Made by a program: the position numbers and the translations under genes. Shown here piece after piece: positions 1 through 12,060 of a stretch of 64,000 nt of DNA (position 1 is its first letter; each line of letters starts with the position of its first letter). Origin of the DNA: Hamiltosporidium tvaerminnensis FI-OER-3-3. Lineage: Eukaryota; Fungi; Microsporidia. Location of the stretch: NCBI GenBank assembly GCA_022605425.2, contig CM061246.1, positions 1,860,001-1,924,000 of the forward strand, written 5' to 3'. Below the pieces are notes generated by a model that searched no databases, had not been told where the DNA came from, and saw nothing but the letters and a program-made list of their open reading frames with translations.

Positions 1-779
1 TTATAATTTTAAATCTCAAAGAAATAAAAAAAAGACAGAACCCGGATTTTGAATCATATTTAAAAATTCTATCAAAATAGTCTTCTTTACGCGAAGGCTC
101 GAACAAATTTCTTATTCATTTGAATAGGTGCGCAATATTTAGTGAAAAAAATGAAGCTGTTTATAAGACCTGTAATAAAAACTTTAGATACTTTGAAAAT
201 ATATTTTGATTTAGTTTTTCTGGTTTCATTTTGCAAAAAAATCATATTTAAATTCTTTAAATCTCTTTTCGGCTGATCTTGAAAGGCTAGTGCCAGAGTT
301 TAATTGTAAGTAATAGATATGCAATGCACAAATGCTTTTTAAAAAAATAATTGAATTCAAAATTAATTGAATTGGATAAGAGTCTTTTAGCTTCGTATTT
401 ACACCAAGTTCATACATTTTCTCGAAGTTTTATTTACGCTTTTAACAAAATCTATCTATTTGAAGAAGCATTCTTTAAAATAAAATATAAAAAAATGTTG
501 AAAGCTAAATAAGAGACAAACATTTAGTCTTTTTATTGATTATTTCTCAATAAATTTAACTGAATTTCTTACATGTTAAGGAACTCCTTAACTATATTAA
601 TTTCTAAAAAAATATGCTATTATTTTTTTTTATTATATTTTTTGACATGAAATGATGAAAAATATGATTAATTGTTTAAAAAATGTAGGAAACCATATAA
701 ATTCTCTTTTATTACAACTTCTTCATAATAATACCCAAATATTTTCTTTCTTTGGATAAATTTTTGTATTTATTTCATT

Positions 780-2625
780 TTATTGTGTATTTATCTATGG
801 AGCCGAAAGCTTAATGAAAAAAACCCAAAGCTGAGAATAAAGACAGATGCAGAATCCCGTGCGGCTAATAATATTATTATTTGATGATCTCAGCTCCCTG
901 AAAAAGATGAACAAACATTGAAGGAAATGACGGAAGAGGTGAATGAACAATATACGATTAGAAATAAACAAAGAGAAATTGGCTACAAAAAACCCGTGTT
1001 GTGAAGATACAGCCACTCTTTTTCAATGAAAAGGTGTTTAAAAATACTTAAGAACAAAAGAAAATAGCAGAGGAATCCCAAGAAGTATGTCGTTCGAGGA
1101 AGTACAATAAAACATAAAGCACGAGTAAAAACTTTTTCGCAACAAAATTGAATATTAAAAAATTATTTTCTGCAAAATATAAACATCCGATATTATCAAC
1201 CCACTGCCAAATAGAAGTACCTTGTCTTAAACAACTGACTTCTTTAAGTTAGATTATGCAGTGCATGCACTGCTAGTACAGAATAAATACATCTACGCCT
1301 AGGATGTAAATAACGTCTATACCTTCCCCGTAAAGAACTATGAAGAAGTTTATATAGTGTAGACTTTAAAAGCGAATATGATTTTGCAACACTTGGATTG
1401 TCTTGAAAAACATAAAAATATATCGACGAGAAGAGCAGAAAAGCAGCGATCCTAAAGGTTGAAAATAATTATTAAACCCACTTTTCACTAAAAAAAACTT
1501 TTTAAAAATTAAATACGAATTGGAAGAAGAAGTCACTAAGAAAAGTTTAAAAGAAGCTCAACTTGCAAAACTATATAACGAAATAGATAAACAAAACTTC
1601 ATTCAAAGTTATATAATGCAAGAAAAAATGAACTTGTGATTGTTAGTGACTCTTCAAGATAGCTAAAGAAAGGGAATATTAGGCCACGTAATGAAGCTGT
1701 GTTCTGCTATATCCAGGATAGAAATGTATCCTGGGGTGCAGAAGGTATGTGCCAACACTGCAAACAGTCTAGGAAAACGGTAAACCACTTAGCAACGAGA
1801 TATAAAAAAATGCTTGGTCATGACTATACTAGACGACACGATGAAGTGATAAGATTTATGCATTTACTATTGCTAAATAAATATAAGTAAAAGTCTTCGA
1901 AACGATTAGGAGTCACTCAGTACAAGAAATTTTTGATAATCAGATTGCAGAGATAAGAATCGACACCAGAATAAAAACTGGTGTCAAATTTCGAAAAAAA
2001 AGACTTGTTGTGTTTGTTATAGATATTAGTAAAAAGAGAATAACTCTCCTTGAAGTTGGAATCACATCCTAAGACTCTCTTCAAATAGTTAAACAAAGAA
2101 GCTTAGGAAGGATGATTTATTAGCAAATGAGTTAGGACTAGTTTATAAGTTTGGTGTTGAGATAATCTTGTACGTGATTATATTTGACGACATTGGGGTA
2201 AAATACCAAAAATAACTTCTTAAAAGACTGCAAATAACTATAAATGTAGAGATTTATTTATAATTTACACTACTCAAGAAGACATTCGAAACAATTCTTG
2301 TTAATCGACGAAGAGGATTTGAGTCTGAGCTAAATGCCGAAGAGAGCTTGGAGAGAGCATCATTAAATGTTATGTTGGAAGCCGAAAGCAGAAACAACCA
2401 ATACTTCTTTAATGCAAGTATAAAATGTGGAATAATGGTTAAAAATTTAAAAATATAAAATATTACACGGTCATAGAAGAAGGAGAAAACATAAAGAAGG
2501 AACCGACGATAAACATAAAGGGAAAGCTCGGATTTAGAAGAAGAAATGATAGTTTTTAAAGAGGCAAAAGGAAATTGAAAAGTTTTAAAAGAGTTTTAAT
2601 CCTGAATTTTATTAAATAAATAATT
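780..2625 (+). mobile_element. Degenerate 5'-truncated copy of the R4/Dong-like RLE non-LTR retrotransposon
   Basis: Colinear with the element at 15419-19229: FDDL-like RT remnant near 880, CQHC..NHLATR zinc knuckle (ORF 1699-1890), TLLEVG remnant of the RLE region, and a matching 3' end (aatcctgaatttttattaaataaata). Many stops and frameshifts. Confidence 0.9.
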
Positions 2626-3049
2626 AAATATCAAATTCATATCTATTTTTATTTATTAAGAAGATGTTCATTGAACAAAACAAATTAAAGTTATATTTTA
2701 TTTCTAATATTTTGTAGTTCTTGATTAAGAAAATATTTACTATGTTTTATATACACATGGTTTATTTAAGTCAATCATAAATCTAGATCTTTAAATATTG
2801 GTTCGTTTGTTAAGTTTTTATTTTATTATTGATTAAATTAAATAGTTCAAAACAACATGAAATTTAAATAATCTGTTCGTTTTATAAATTTTATGTTTTT
2901 ATAGTTTTTAAATAAAATAACTCAAAAAATTAGAAATTTAAATATTCGTTTCTTAATAAATTTTATTTTTTTTCTATTTTTTAAATAACTTATCTATAAA
3001 TCTGAAAATTGTAATTTTTCTGTTAAATAAATTATATATTTAATATTTT

Positions 3050-3548
3050 TTAGATGATTCAAAACAATGAGAGAATAGAATCCCATAAATTACCAAATGA
3101 AAGATATATTCCCAAAAATAAAAGATTTATCAGCAATATTTGATTCTTCCTTGATAATAAACTCTTCAAAATATCCTTCGCCAAAAAAAAGACTAAAGCT
3201 TTGTTTTATAGCAGTGGCTGGTATAAATAAAATAGAAATGTTTATAATTACAGTGAAGATAAGAATTGAACAAAATTTATATGAAGGATACGATTGTTCT
3301 TCATTTTGTTATATTATATATTCTGCTATGCTTACAATAAATAAAAGGTATGTTGTGTATGGAAAGGTTGTAGGTGCAAGTAATCCAAGAAGTGTTTTTG
3401 TGGAATATTTAAAACCTTTTGATAGCAGAGAACTATGCTATAAAATTTTGTGAATTTCTAGAATTTATAAGAAGTAGAAGATTTTCTATTAATATTTAGT
3501 ATTATCTAGAATTTTAGAAGAAGAATAAGATTTTCTATTTTTTTCCAT
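3050..3548 (-). pseudogene. Probable decayed membrane-protein gene
   Basis: One minus frame reads HSSLLSKGFKYSTKTLLGLLAPTTFPYTTYLLFIVSIAEYII*QNEEQSYPSYKFCSILIFTVIINISILFIPATAIK... with hydrophobic segments and in-frame stops. ATG at 3548. Confidence 0.35.
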
Positions 3549-4095
3549 GTTTTTTGTGATTTAGAAGATTTTCTAGTATTTAGGAGATTTATAATATTTA
3601 TAAACCGTGAATAAAGTCGTTAAAAAGTGTAAATAAAATATAAATATTGGCGCAAAACTACTTTTCTAATCTGAAATTAATTTAAAAGAAACTTTTATTG
3701 CAATAAATATCTTTCTTAAATAGTTTTAATAATTTAATTTTTTAATTCCATCACTTTTTTCTTTATATCTTATATTCATTAAATATTCTATTTTTAAATT
3801 AATATTTTTAACTTAAAACTGTACTTCTACCCAAAACTATTGAAAATTTTAACAAATTTTCTTTTTGAAACGTAAAAATTAAATACAAAGTTTTAAACCT
3901 AAAAATGAAGAAATTATAATTTTTGAAACAATTTTTATAAGAAACATACAAATTTGAAACCTAAAAACGAAAAAAATTATATTTGAAACAATTTTTATCA
4001 AATTATGAAATGAAAGTTTTACTTTTTAGAAGAACAATTGGTTCAAAAACTTTTGAGATAAAATATAAAAAAATTCTTTTGAAAAATATAAAAAA

Positions 4096-5577
4096 ATGCG
4101 TTTAATTGTTGTAAGCAACCGACTTCCAGTTAAGGTAAATAAAGTTGATAATAATTTTGTGTATAAACAATCAAGTGGAGGTTTGGCCACAGGTTTGATA
4201 TGTTTAAAGAACACCACCGATTTTATTTGGGTTGGAAATATGAATTTAAAAGATTTTTCTGAGGAGGAAAAGGTTGTGGTTGAAAAGGATTGTTGGGAAA
4301 AGTATAAATCTATTCCCTTGTTTTTGGATCCGGAACTCGATGAAAAGTACTATAATGGCTTTTGTAACTGTATTTTATGGCCTTTGTTGCATACATTTCA
4401 AGATGAAGTAACTTTTTCATTGGCGAATTGGGAAGCCTATACAAAAGCAAGCGAACAGATCTGTGAAAAGATTGCCAGTTTTACAGAAGATGGAGACATT
4501 ATTTGGGTTCATGATTACCATTTAATGATATTACCAAGACTTATAAAAGAAAAAATCAAAAAAAATATAAAAATCGGTTTCTTTCTTCATACACCGTTCC
4601 CATCCTCAGAAATATTTAGTGTTTTGCCAGTACGAAAAGATATAATATTGGGATTGCTGTCAGCAGATTTAGTTTCATTTCATTCCTACGAATACCTCAC
4701 ACATTTTATTAACACCTGTGAAAAAATGTTTCCTAAAATAGAAAATTTTTGTAACGGAACAGATTTCAAAGCTCTTAAAATTATTTCAGATGAGAATGAA
4801 GATATAAAAAAATTGAAATTAATTTATGAACCTGATAATATACAGATAGGACATAAGACAATACAAGTAGCTGTAACACCAATAGGAATTGATCCAAAGA
4901 TGTTTACAGATATTTTAAAAAGAGAAAAGTGCCGAGCAAGAATTAACGAACTTAGAAGAATTTATAAAAATAAATTTGTATTTCTAGGAATCGATAGAGT
5001 AGATTATATTAAAGGAATACCCAACAGAATCCAAGGAGTAGAAAGATTTATACAGAGATATCCAGAATACATCGATAATTTTGTATTTTTACAGATAGGA
5101 GTTCCAAGTAGAATTGATGTAGTTGAATACGAATCACTCGTATCTGTCATAAACATGAAAATAAGTGAATTAAATTCAAAGTACGGTTCAGTAGATCAAA
5201 CATTCTTCTATTTTCTTAATAAAAGCGTAGAACAATCAGAATTGTGTGCTTTGTACGCTCTTGGAGATTCTTGTGTTATTACATCTCTAAGAGATGGAAT
5301 GAATCTAGTAGCCCTGGAATATATTTCATGCCAGGAAGATAACAAAGGAATCCTCATACTCTCAGAATTTGCCGGTGCGATGCAAACAGTACCAGGTGCT
5401 CTTTCTATAAACCCATGGAATATTGATGAAATAGCAGATGCCATGAAAAATGCTATGGTTATGACACAACAGGAAAGAAAAGAAAGATACGATATAAACA
5501 AAATAGGAATTGAAAAATTTACAGCAGCTAAATGGGCCAAAGATAATCTCGATATTTTAATGGATTTACATAAATAG
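4096..5577 (+). CDS. TPS1: Trehalose-6-phosphate synthase (GT20), no phosphatase domain
   Basis: VVSNRLPV, SSGGL, YYNGFCN..LWPLLH, WVHDYHLM, GFFLHTPFPSSE, GIDRVDYIKG and RDGMNLVALEY motifs. Confidence 0.97.
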   Translation: MRLIVVSNRLPVKVNKVDNNFVYKQSSGGLATGLICLKNTTDFIWVGNMNLKDFSEEEKVVVEKDCWEKYKSIPLFLDPELDEKYYNGFCNCILWPLLHTFQDEVTFSLANWEAYTKASEQICEKIASFTEDGDIIWVHDYHLMILPRLIKEKIKKNIKIGFFLHTPFPSSEIFSVLPVRKDIILGLLSADLVSFHSYEYLTHFINTCEKMFPKIENFCNGTDFKALKIISDENEDIKKLKLIYEPDNIQIGHKTIQVAVTPIGIDPKMFTDILKREKCRARINELRRIYKNKFVFLGIDRVDYIKGIPNRIQGVERFIQRYPEYIDNFVFLQIGVPSRIDVVEYESLVSVINMKISELNSKYGSVDQTFFYFLNKSVEQSELCALYALGDSCVITSLRDGMNLVALEYISCQEDNKGILILSEFAGAMQTVPGALSINPWNIDEIADAMKNAMVMTQQERKERYDINKIGIEKFTAAKWAKDNLDILMDLHK

Positions 5578-5654
5578 TAAATAATTATAATTTTAAAGTA
5601 AAAAAAACTCATTTAAATTATATTTTAATATTTCTATATTTTCTTGTATTTAAA

Positions 5655-5770
5655 ATTTAATAGTTTAATGTTTAATAGTTTAATGTTTAATAATTTAATG
5701 TTTAATAGTTTAATGTTTAATAGTTTAACGTTTAATAGTTTAGTGTTTAATAGTTTAATAGTTTAATACT
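5655..5770. repeat. Tandem repeat (TTTAATAGTTTAATG)n
   Basis: About seven 15-bp units, visible directly. Confidence 0.85.
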
Positions 5771-6009
5771 TCTATATTTAATTACATTAATTAGATAAAT
5801 TAAAAAGCTTAAAATTTTTTTTATCAAAATTATATTTTCTATAATCTTTAGTGATAATACGTAAATAAATAATAAATCTAAAAAATAATGGAAAAATATT
5901 CAATCATTAAAAATTGGTTTAATGATATAAGATGTTTGAAGATTAAAAAAAGTTTAATTTTAAAATATAAATTTATAAAAAAATACCAAACGATTCAGAA
6001 ATACTTTAA

Positions 6010-6170
6010 AGAGAATACTAAAATAAAAAAGAATACTAAATTAAAAAAGAAAAATAAATTTAAAAACAATAATAAATTTGAAAACAATAATAAATTTGAA
6101 AATAATAATAAATTTGAAATGAATAATAAATTTGAAATGAATAATAAATTTGAAATGAATACTAAACTAT
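6010..6170. repeat. 18-bp tandem repeat (AATAATAAATTTGAAAAC/ATG-like)
   Basis: Direct repeats; these create the spurious ORFs 5888-6172 and 5995-6183. Confidence 0.8.
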
Positions 6171-6227
6171 AACATTTCACCAAAATATAATCAAATTGTA
6201 ATTTTATTAAAAAATTAAAAAAACCTT

Positions 6228-7787
6228 CTATTTTTTCCTGTAATTAGAATATCCATAACCTATAATACTAGGCCTGACAGCAGATTCACTCTTATTTTCT
6301 TTATATTCAGTATAATGCTCTCCACATCCCCAGGAGGTAGGTGGTTTAAAAGAATATGTAAATTTACTTGTCACTGCTTCAATAAAAGTTTTAAAATTTT
6401 TAAATGTTCTGGAAATTGGCTTACCATAAGAAATCTTTTTTGTTGGGACCATAGATTCTGAAATTTTGTCTTTGACTGTAATTTCTTCTTTTTCTGTGGA
6501 AAGAGAAGAAATGGATTTGTCAGAAGATTTGGAATCCGAATTTATTTGTGGATTTTCTTTTTCTTTTATTGGTGATGAAGGTCTGTGTGTTGAATTTTCA
6601 GAGGATTTTGATTCTAAAATTTTTATATTTTCTTTTTTAAAAGTCTCTCTGATTGGTGAAGAAGGTCTGTGTGTTGAATAATTTTTTGGTGCCACAATTT
6701 TTGTACTTTCTTCCTTAATTGTCTCTCTTGTTGGTGAAGAGAGTCTGTGAGGTGGATAGTCTTTTATTTCAACATTCCTCATACTCTCCTCCTTCTTAAA
6801 ATTTTCTTTTATCGGTGATGAGGGTCCGTGAGGTGGATAGTCTTTTAGTTCAACATTCCTTGTACTCTCCTTCTTAAAATTTTCTTTTATCGGTGATGAG
6901 GGTCTGTGGGGATAATCCTTAGATTCTCCATTCCTTGTGCTCTCCTTCTTAAAATTTTCTTTTATCGGTGATGAGGGTCTGTGAGGATAATCCTTAGATT
7001 CTCCATTCCTTGTGCTCTCCTTTCTAAAATTTTCTTTTATCGGTGATGAGGGTCTGTGAGGATAATCCTTCGATTCTCCATTCCTTAAACTTTCCTTTCT
7101 AAATGTTTCTTTCTTTTTTATTAAACCATTTCTTTTCTTCCTATCATTTAAAACAGAAGAATATTTTTCTTCTTCATTTATATCATAAAAATGTCCTCTT
7201 TCTTCCATTCGGTGTCTGTCCGTACATTTTTTACTGAGAATTTCCTGTGCCAATTTTTTTGCGTGTTCCACATTTTTTTTGTAAAATTCCGAATTTTTAT
7301 CCAAAACAACTGTATATTGAGATTCATCAAAACTAGATTTTATACCAAAAAGTTGTTCATTTGCTTTAAATTGGTCCCAGTTTTTACTTTCTTTTACATT
7401 AAAACTTTCACTTTCACCATTCTTACACTCAAAATGCACCAAATCACTTTTTTTATCTTCTTTTTTACCCATAAAATCACCATCAATAAAAAATCCTTCA
7501 TTTTCTTGTATCTCAGATATTTTTAAAGAATCCTCCATTCGTATAACTAAAGTAGGAAAAATTAACTTCGGATTTGTTACAAAATATGCATCACTCAAAT
7601 CTATCAAATTATTGTTAAAATTCTTAAGATTTCCTATTATTTCATCATCTGTGATTGTTCGTATCTTAATAAATATTTTTGTTGCACTCTTCATGGGTTC
7701 ACTAGCTTCTTTTTCATTTTTTTTCTTTTTAAAAATGTCTGTCAAGAAATTAACCAATATATTACTTTTTAAAAATTCTCTAAACAT
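6228..7787 (-). CDS. PBP1: Pbp1/ataxin-2-like protein (LsmAD domain) with 25-aa tandem repeats
   Basis: WDQFKANEQLFGIKSSFDESQYT...AKKLAQEI...HRMEERG...EEEKYSSV matches the LsmAD signature. Confidence 0.85.
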   Translation of the reverse strand: MFREFLKSNILVNFLTDIFKKKKNEKEASEPMKSATKIFIKIRTITDDEIIGNLKNFNNNLIDLSDAYFVTNPKLIFPTLVIRMEDSLKISEIQENEGFFIDGDFMGKKEDKKSDLVHFECKNGESESFNVKESKNWDQFKANEQLFGIKSSFDESQYTVVLDKNSEFYKKNVEHAKKLAQEILSKKCTDRHRMEERGHFYDINEEEKYSSVLNDRKKRNGLIKKKETFRKESLRNGESKDYPHRPSSPIKENFRKESTRNGESKDYPHRPSSPIKENFKKESTRNGESKDYPHRPSSPIKENFKKESTRNVELKDYPPHGPSSPIKENFKKEESMRNVEIKDYPPHRLSSPTRETIKEESTKIVAPKNYSTHRPSSPIRETFKKENIKILESKSSENSTHRPSSPIKEKENPQINSDSKSSDKSISSLSTEKEEITVKDKISESMVPTKKISYGKPISRTFKNFKTFIEAVTSKFTYSFKPPTSWGCGEHYTEYKENKSESAVRPSIIGYGYSNYRKK

Positions 7788-8109
7788 CTTATATTTTGTT
7801 TGACTCGCTTGTTTTATAGTAAAATGTGAAAAGTGTTTCAGATAAGAACCAACTTATTTTTTAAAAATTTTAAAATATAAAAAAATATAAAAATAGATAA
7901 AAAATAATATTTTTTTTTTATTTTTTTACTCTTTAAAATTTCTAATAATTTTGTTTTTTTTATTAAATTAATTTTCTAATTTAGAGATGTCTCTTTTTTT
8001 TAATACAATAATAACTTGGTAATTTTTTAATAAAATTTCCAATTTTTTATAATTCTAAAATAAATTTTGTATTTTTAACTTCTAAAATAATTTATATCTT
8101 TCTAGCCTA

Positions 8110-8265
8110 AACTCACCTTTTAAATTTAAAAATAATTTATATCTTTTAACTTTACTCACCTTTTAATTTTCTAAATTACTCACCTTTTAATTTTCTAATT
8201 TACTCCCCTTTTAATTTTCTAAATTATTCACCTTTTAATTTTCAAACTAATTCACTTCTTATTTC
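8110..8265. repeat. ~24-bp degenerate tandem repeat upstream of SOD
   Basis: Repeated ACTCACCTTTTAATTTTCTAAATT units. Confidence 0.7.
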
Positions 8266-8307
8266 AAATTTATTTTTAAATTATTATTTTACATTAAATT
8301 TACTACA

Positions 8308-8311
8308 CCCC
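8308..8311 (+). promoter_or_regulatory. Microsporidian CCC start-proximal motif (representative site)
   Basis: CCCC directly before the SOD ATG. CCC also lies within ~25 nt upstream of the NHP2, RPL15, TRS31, forkhead, SEC13, EF-2 and TRM8 starts. Confidence 0.75.
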
Positions 8312-9001
8312 ATGGTATTCTCACTTCCTTCTCTTCTCTACCAATACAATGAACTAGAACCTTACATTGACACCGAAACTATGGAAATTCATCATCAAAA
8401 ACACCACCAAACATACATAAACAATCTAAACACTGCTCTAAGTAAAGTACCTTCTATGGTAGATCCTTCTCTTGTAGAAATTTTGTTGTCTACAAATAAT
8501 TTTACAGAAATATCTGAAGATTTAAAAAAAACAATTTTAAACAATGCGGGTGGTCATTACAACCACAGTCTCTTTTGGGTTTGTATGAGTCCAAATTCAA
8601 ATGTAACTGATATGCTTATTCCTCTAAAAACACAAATCGAAAAAGATTTTCAATCTTTTGAAAATATGAAAAATATATTTAATAGTAAAGCTTTGAGTGT
8701 CTTTGGATCTGGATGGGTATGGCTTTGTTACAATACAAACCAACAAAAATTGTCAATTACTACTTCTTTAAATCAAGATAATCCTATTTCTTTTGATACC
8801 AATCTCATTCCATTTTTATGTCTTGATGTATGGGAACATGCCTATTACTTAAAATATCAGAATAAAAGAAAAGATTATGTGGATCAGTGGTGGAATACAG
8901 TTGATTGGAAAAATGTTTCGTTGTTTTATGATGAATATGCTCTTACTGGACATCATATACGTGTTGAAGCAGATGGTAAGATTGGGATGAGGGATTTGTG
9001 A
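8312..9001 (+). CDS. SOD2: Mn-type superoxide dismutase
   Basis: LEPYID.ETMEIHHQKHHQTY, NAGGHYNHSLFW, FGSGW, NQD and DVWEHAYYLKYQNKR. The GGH and QD residues favour Mn over Fe. No targeting presequence. Confidence 0.95.
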   Translation: MVFSLPSLLYQYNELEPYIDTETMEIHHQKHHQTYINNLNTALSKVPSMVDPSLVEILLSTNNFTEISEDLKKTILNNAGGHYNHSLFWVCMSPNSNVTDMLIPLKTQIEKDFQSFENMKNIFNSKALSVFGSGWVWLCYNTNQQKLSITTSLNQDNPISFDTNLIPFLCLDVWEHAYYLKYQNKRKDYVDQWWNTVDWKNVSLFYDEYALTGHHIRVEADGKIGMRDL

Positions 9002-9094
9002 GAAATTAAAATTTTCTTTGTTTTAATATTAATTTTTCTTATTTGAACTTTTTCTGTCACTTTCTTAATATTTCTTTAAGGTTTTTTTAAAATC

Positions 9095-9350
9095 AAAGTA
9101 TAATATTTATGAGCTAAAGATTTTTTTTTAATTCTTATAAATTTTTTTTAAGTCGGATCTTAAAGACAGAAGAGAGGAATATAATATTTATGAGCTAAAG
9201 ATTATTTTTTTAATTTTCTTTAATTTTTTATTTCATGTCTTAAAGACAGAAGAGAGGAATATAATATTTATGAGCTAAAAATTCTTTTTTTTTATTTCAT
9301 ATCTTAAGAAAATGTCAAGGAAATATAATATTTATAATCTAAAATTTTTT
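9095..9350. repeat. ~80-bp degenerate tandem repeat between SOD and elongin C
   Basis: TATAATATTTATGAGCTAAA occurs three times and CTTAAAGACAGAAGAGAGGAAT twice. Confidence 0.75.
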
Positions 9351-9426
9351 TTTTAATTTTTTTTTTCACATTTATAAAAAGATTAAATGTAATTTTTAAA
9401 TGTAATTTTATTTAAAATATTTATAT

Positions 9427-9720
9427 TTAAATTCCAAGATAAGCAGACACATCTAAAAGTTCTAAAGTTTCTTCGTCTCTCATTTCAAAGTCAGAAGGTT
9501 TCGTACGATGATTATTATAATTATATTGGAAATTAAGAAAATCTACTACTCTTTTAAGAAGACGTGAATGTATAGGAAGAACTGCTGATCGGCATTTTGC
9601 TTCAACAAATGGATGGTTTTCAGAAAATATAAATTTTAATGTTGAACTTTGGAATGCAATTTTTTCAGGAACAATAAATTCGTGTCCGTCGTAGGAAGTG
9701 AGTTTAATGTTTTTTGTCAT
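9427..9720 (-). CDS. ELC1: Elongin C (Skp1/BTB-like)
   Basis: IKLTSYDGHEFIV...AFQSSTLK...F.EA...LLKRVVDFL...LELLDVSAYL; 97 aa is typical of elongin C. Confidence 0.88.
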   Translation of the reverse strand: MTKNIKLTSYDGHEFIVPEKIAFQSSTLKFIFSENHPFVEAKCRSAVLPIHSRLLKRVVDFLNFQYNYNNHRTKPSDFEMRDEETLELLDVSAYLGI

Positions 9721-9949
9721 TTATGTGTTTGTTTATGTAAAAAGAAATAAATATTTTTTTTTTGAGATGAAACACTCTGTTTGGCTATCCAACAAGTCAA
9801 AGATCTAAAACATCTTTGTTTTAGATTTATATAATTAAAATGATTTGTTGCCTTTTTAAGGAAATTCGATTGTGTAACTCAAATAATTTATTTCATTTTA
9901 AAAAGAAAAATAATTATGAAAATAATTTTTAGTAGTTTGACTTAAATAA

Positions 9950-12060
9950 TAGTGATATCAATGTATTTATATTCGATGATAGTATTACCATTGTCTAGTA
10001 TAAAAATTTCTATTTTTATTATTTATATTTAATTAAAATTATAATTGATACAATTAATTTTTTATTATAAATATTACATTTGATGTGAATAAGCTTTATA
10101 GTTTCAAATAAATTTGTCAAACTAGCAATCAAATAGATTAAATCAATTGATAGGTAAGGAGTTAAATATTTTATTCGTGTTTAGAACCCTTGGAATGAAA
10201 AGAAGAAAAAAATCTGAAAAATAAAGTTTGTTAAAAATTTTTTTTTAATAAAATTTATGGCCATGTCAAGTTATCAAATTACAGATCTTCGAGTAGTTCG
10301 CATAATAAAGATTATGGAAACAATCTTAAGGCAATCTTTATACATATAAAGCTGATATATGAATGAATCATAAATTTGATTAAATATAAAAATATTCTAA
10401 ATTTTTGTGCAATTTGTTAAAATATAAAATCAACAGTTTTATAATCGAGAATTCTATTTTAAAGAAATAGAGAAACTGGTAGCGAAGATTGTGATAAATT
10501 GTATAAAGAGATACATTGTTACCTTTGTTTTTTGTGTTGTGTATAGATCCATAAAGTCGCAAATATATAAACAAATTTACAAAGAACTAAAACACTAAAA
10601 AATTTCTTTAAAAAATAAACTCTTGCTTATCTATGATCTGGTGCGTATCAAAAGCAAAATTTTACTTTTGTCTCGGTAACAGAGAATACTAGTTTTCTCA
10701 TAAATGAAAAAAACTTGAAACTATCAAGAATAAACACATCTAATCATTTACAGTAGCAAAACGCAGTGAATATTTGGCTTCATGCGTTTTCATGTAAAAA
10801 TAGATACCAAAATATACCAATGAAAACCTAAAGATTCTGATTTTGATCATGTTTTATGGCTTTTTTTACAGATTGAACCTTAAGAAAAATCAAATAGCAA
10901 AATTAAACAATATTGCATAAAAAACATATATTGTATATTGTTTAATATAACAACAACCCATTTGCAATCAAATCGATTTATATATTGGAATGAAAAGAAG
11001 CTCTTATTTTAATCAACGTATGAATTACGTCAGATTGCAGTGATTTAATTTATTCACCAATGAGATTCTTTAAGAACCTTACCGTTTTTTTTACCGATTT
11101 TTAAATAGTTATAGAAAAGCAAAGAAATTTTAACTAATAACGCAGCAATCCTAACGCCGAAGAATAGCAAAAAAACATATTTGTATTTAATAAGGTTTCT
11201 TCCCGATAAAGTATCGAATAGAAAAATATACCAGTAAGAAATAAAATATAATACTAAGAATAATACTATATTGAGATTTGTGATTATCGAAACATCTTAG
11301 GCACAAGAACAAAAGTATATAGGCGAAATGGTTTTCTGCTATATAAGATAGAAATGTATCCTGACTGCAAGATAAAAACTCCTGTCTTTTTTTATAATTA
11401 GTAATGCTTTAGCAAACTGGTGTAAAAAAATACTTGGATATTACTAAATTAGACAAATAATGAAATGCTTAGATTTACTTTTACTAAATAGATGCAAACT
11501 TCCCCACCATTCCGGGTGCAGAATTGGCTTCGAATGTTCTCTGCTTGTGTAAAAGGCGGCTAATAAGGACTTGTTCTCCAGGTTTGGGTTGGGCGTCGGG
11601 CTATCAACCTTTTAAAACTAACTTGTTACGAAACTCGAAAAAGTAAGCAAACCCACTGTAAAAAGACCCGTGGGTGGTATTACTGTAAGCGACCAAGGCT
11701 CGTGCAGGGTTTTATGCGAACAAAATGGTGAAATGGATATAAATTAAGTATATTAAAGTAACTTGGAGTCACTTTGTACAATTCATTCTTTAAACAACAT
11801 AAGGAATTAAAAGGGAATCTTTAAAACAGAAGATTTTTTCATATTTATTTTCATGAATCAGATAGGATTACACTTAATTGAAATCAGAATTATTTCAAAA
11901 TTCTCACTTAAAATTATAGAATTGAATCAAATAAGAAAGCTTAACTCTTTGGCTAATGATTCAAACCAACAGAGATTAAAAATATCCATTTATAATGATG
12001 GAAAAAAACAGCAGAGGTTATTGAAGCATTAGTGACCATGTTATCGAAGAATCACTCTAT
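9950..12060 (+). mobile_element. Highly decayed R4/Dong-like retrotransposon relic, interrupted by a SINE
   Basis: Remnants of PLLFVLCMDP (~10515-10555), LLIYDL (~10620) and VFCYIRDRNV (~11330) in the same order as in the 15419-19229 element. Ends approximate. Confidence 0.7.
11499..11730 (+). mobile_element. RTE-type SINE, headless copy
   Basis: Homologous to 21228-21530 and 50944-51181. Flanked by a degenerate ~13-bp duplication (aaatagatgcaaa / aaatggatataaa). Confidence 0.75.

Noticed and set aside
3097-3453. 118-aa plus-strand ORF
   Set aside because: More likely the shadow of a decayed minus-strand membrane gene; no motif.
5888-6183. ORFs with NNKFE / SNLLF repeats
   Set aside because: Artefacts of an 18-bp tandem repeat.
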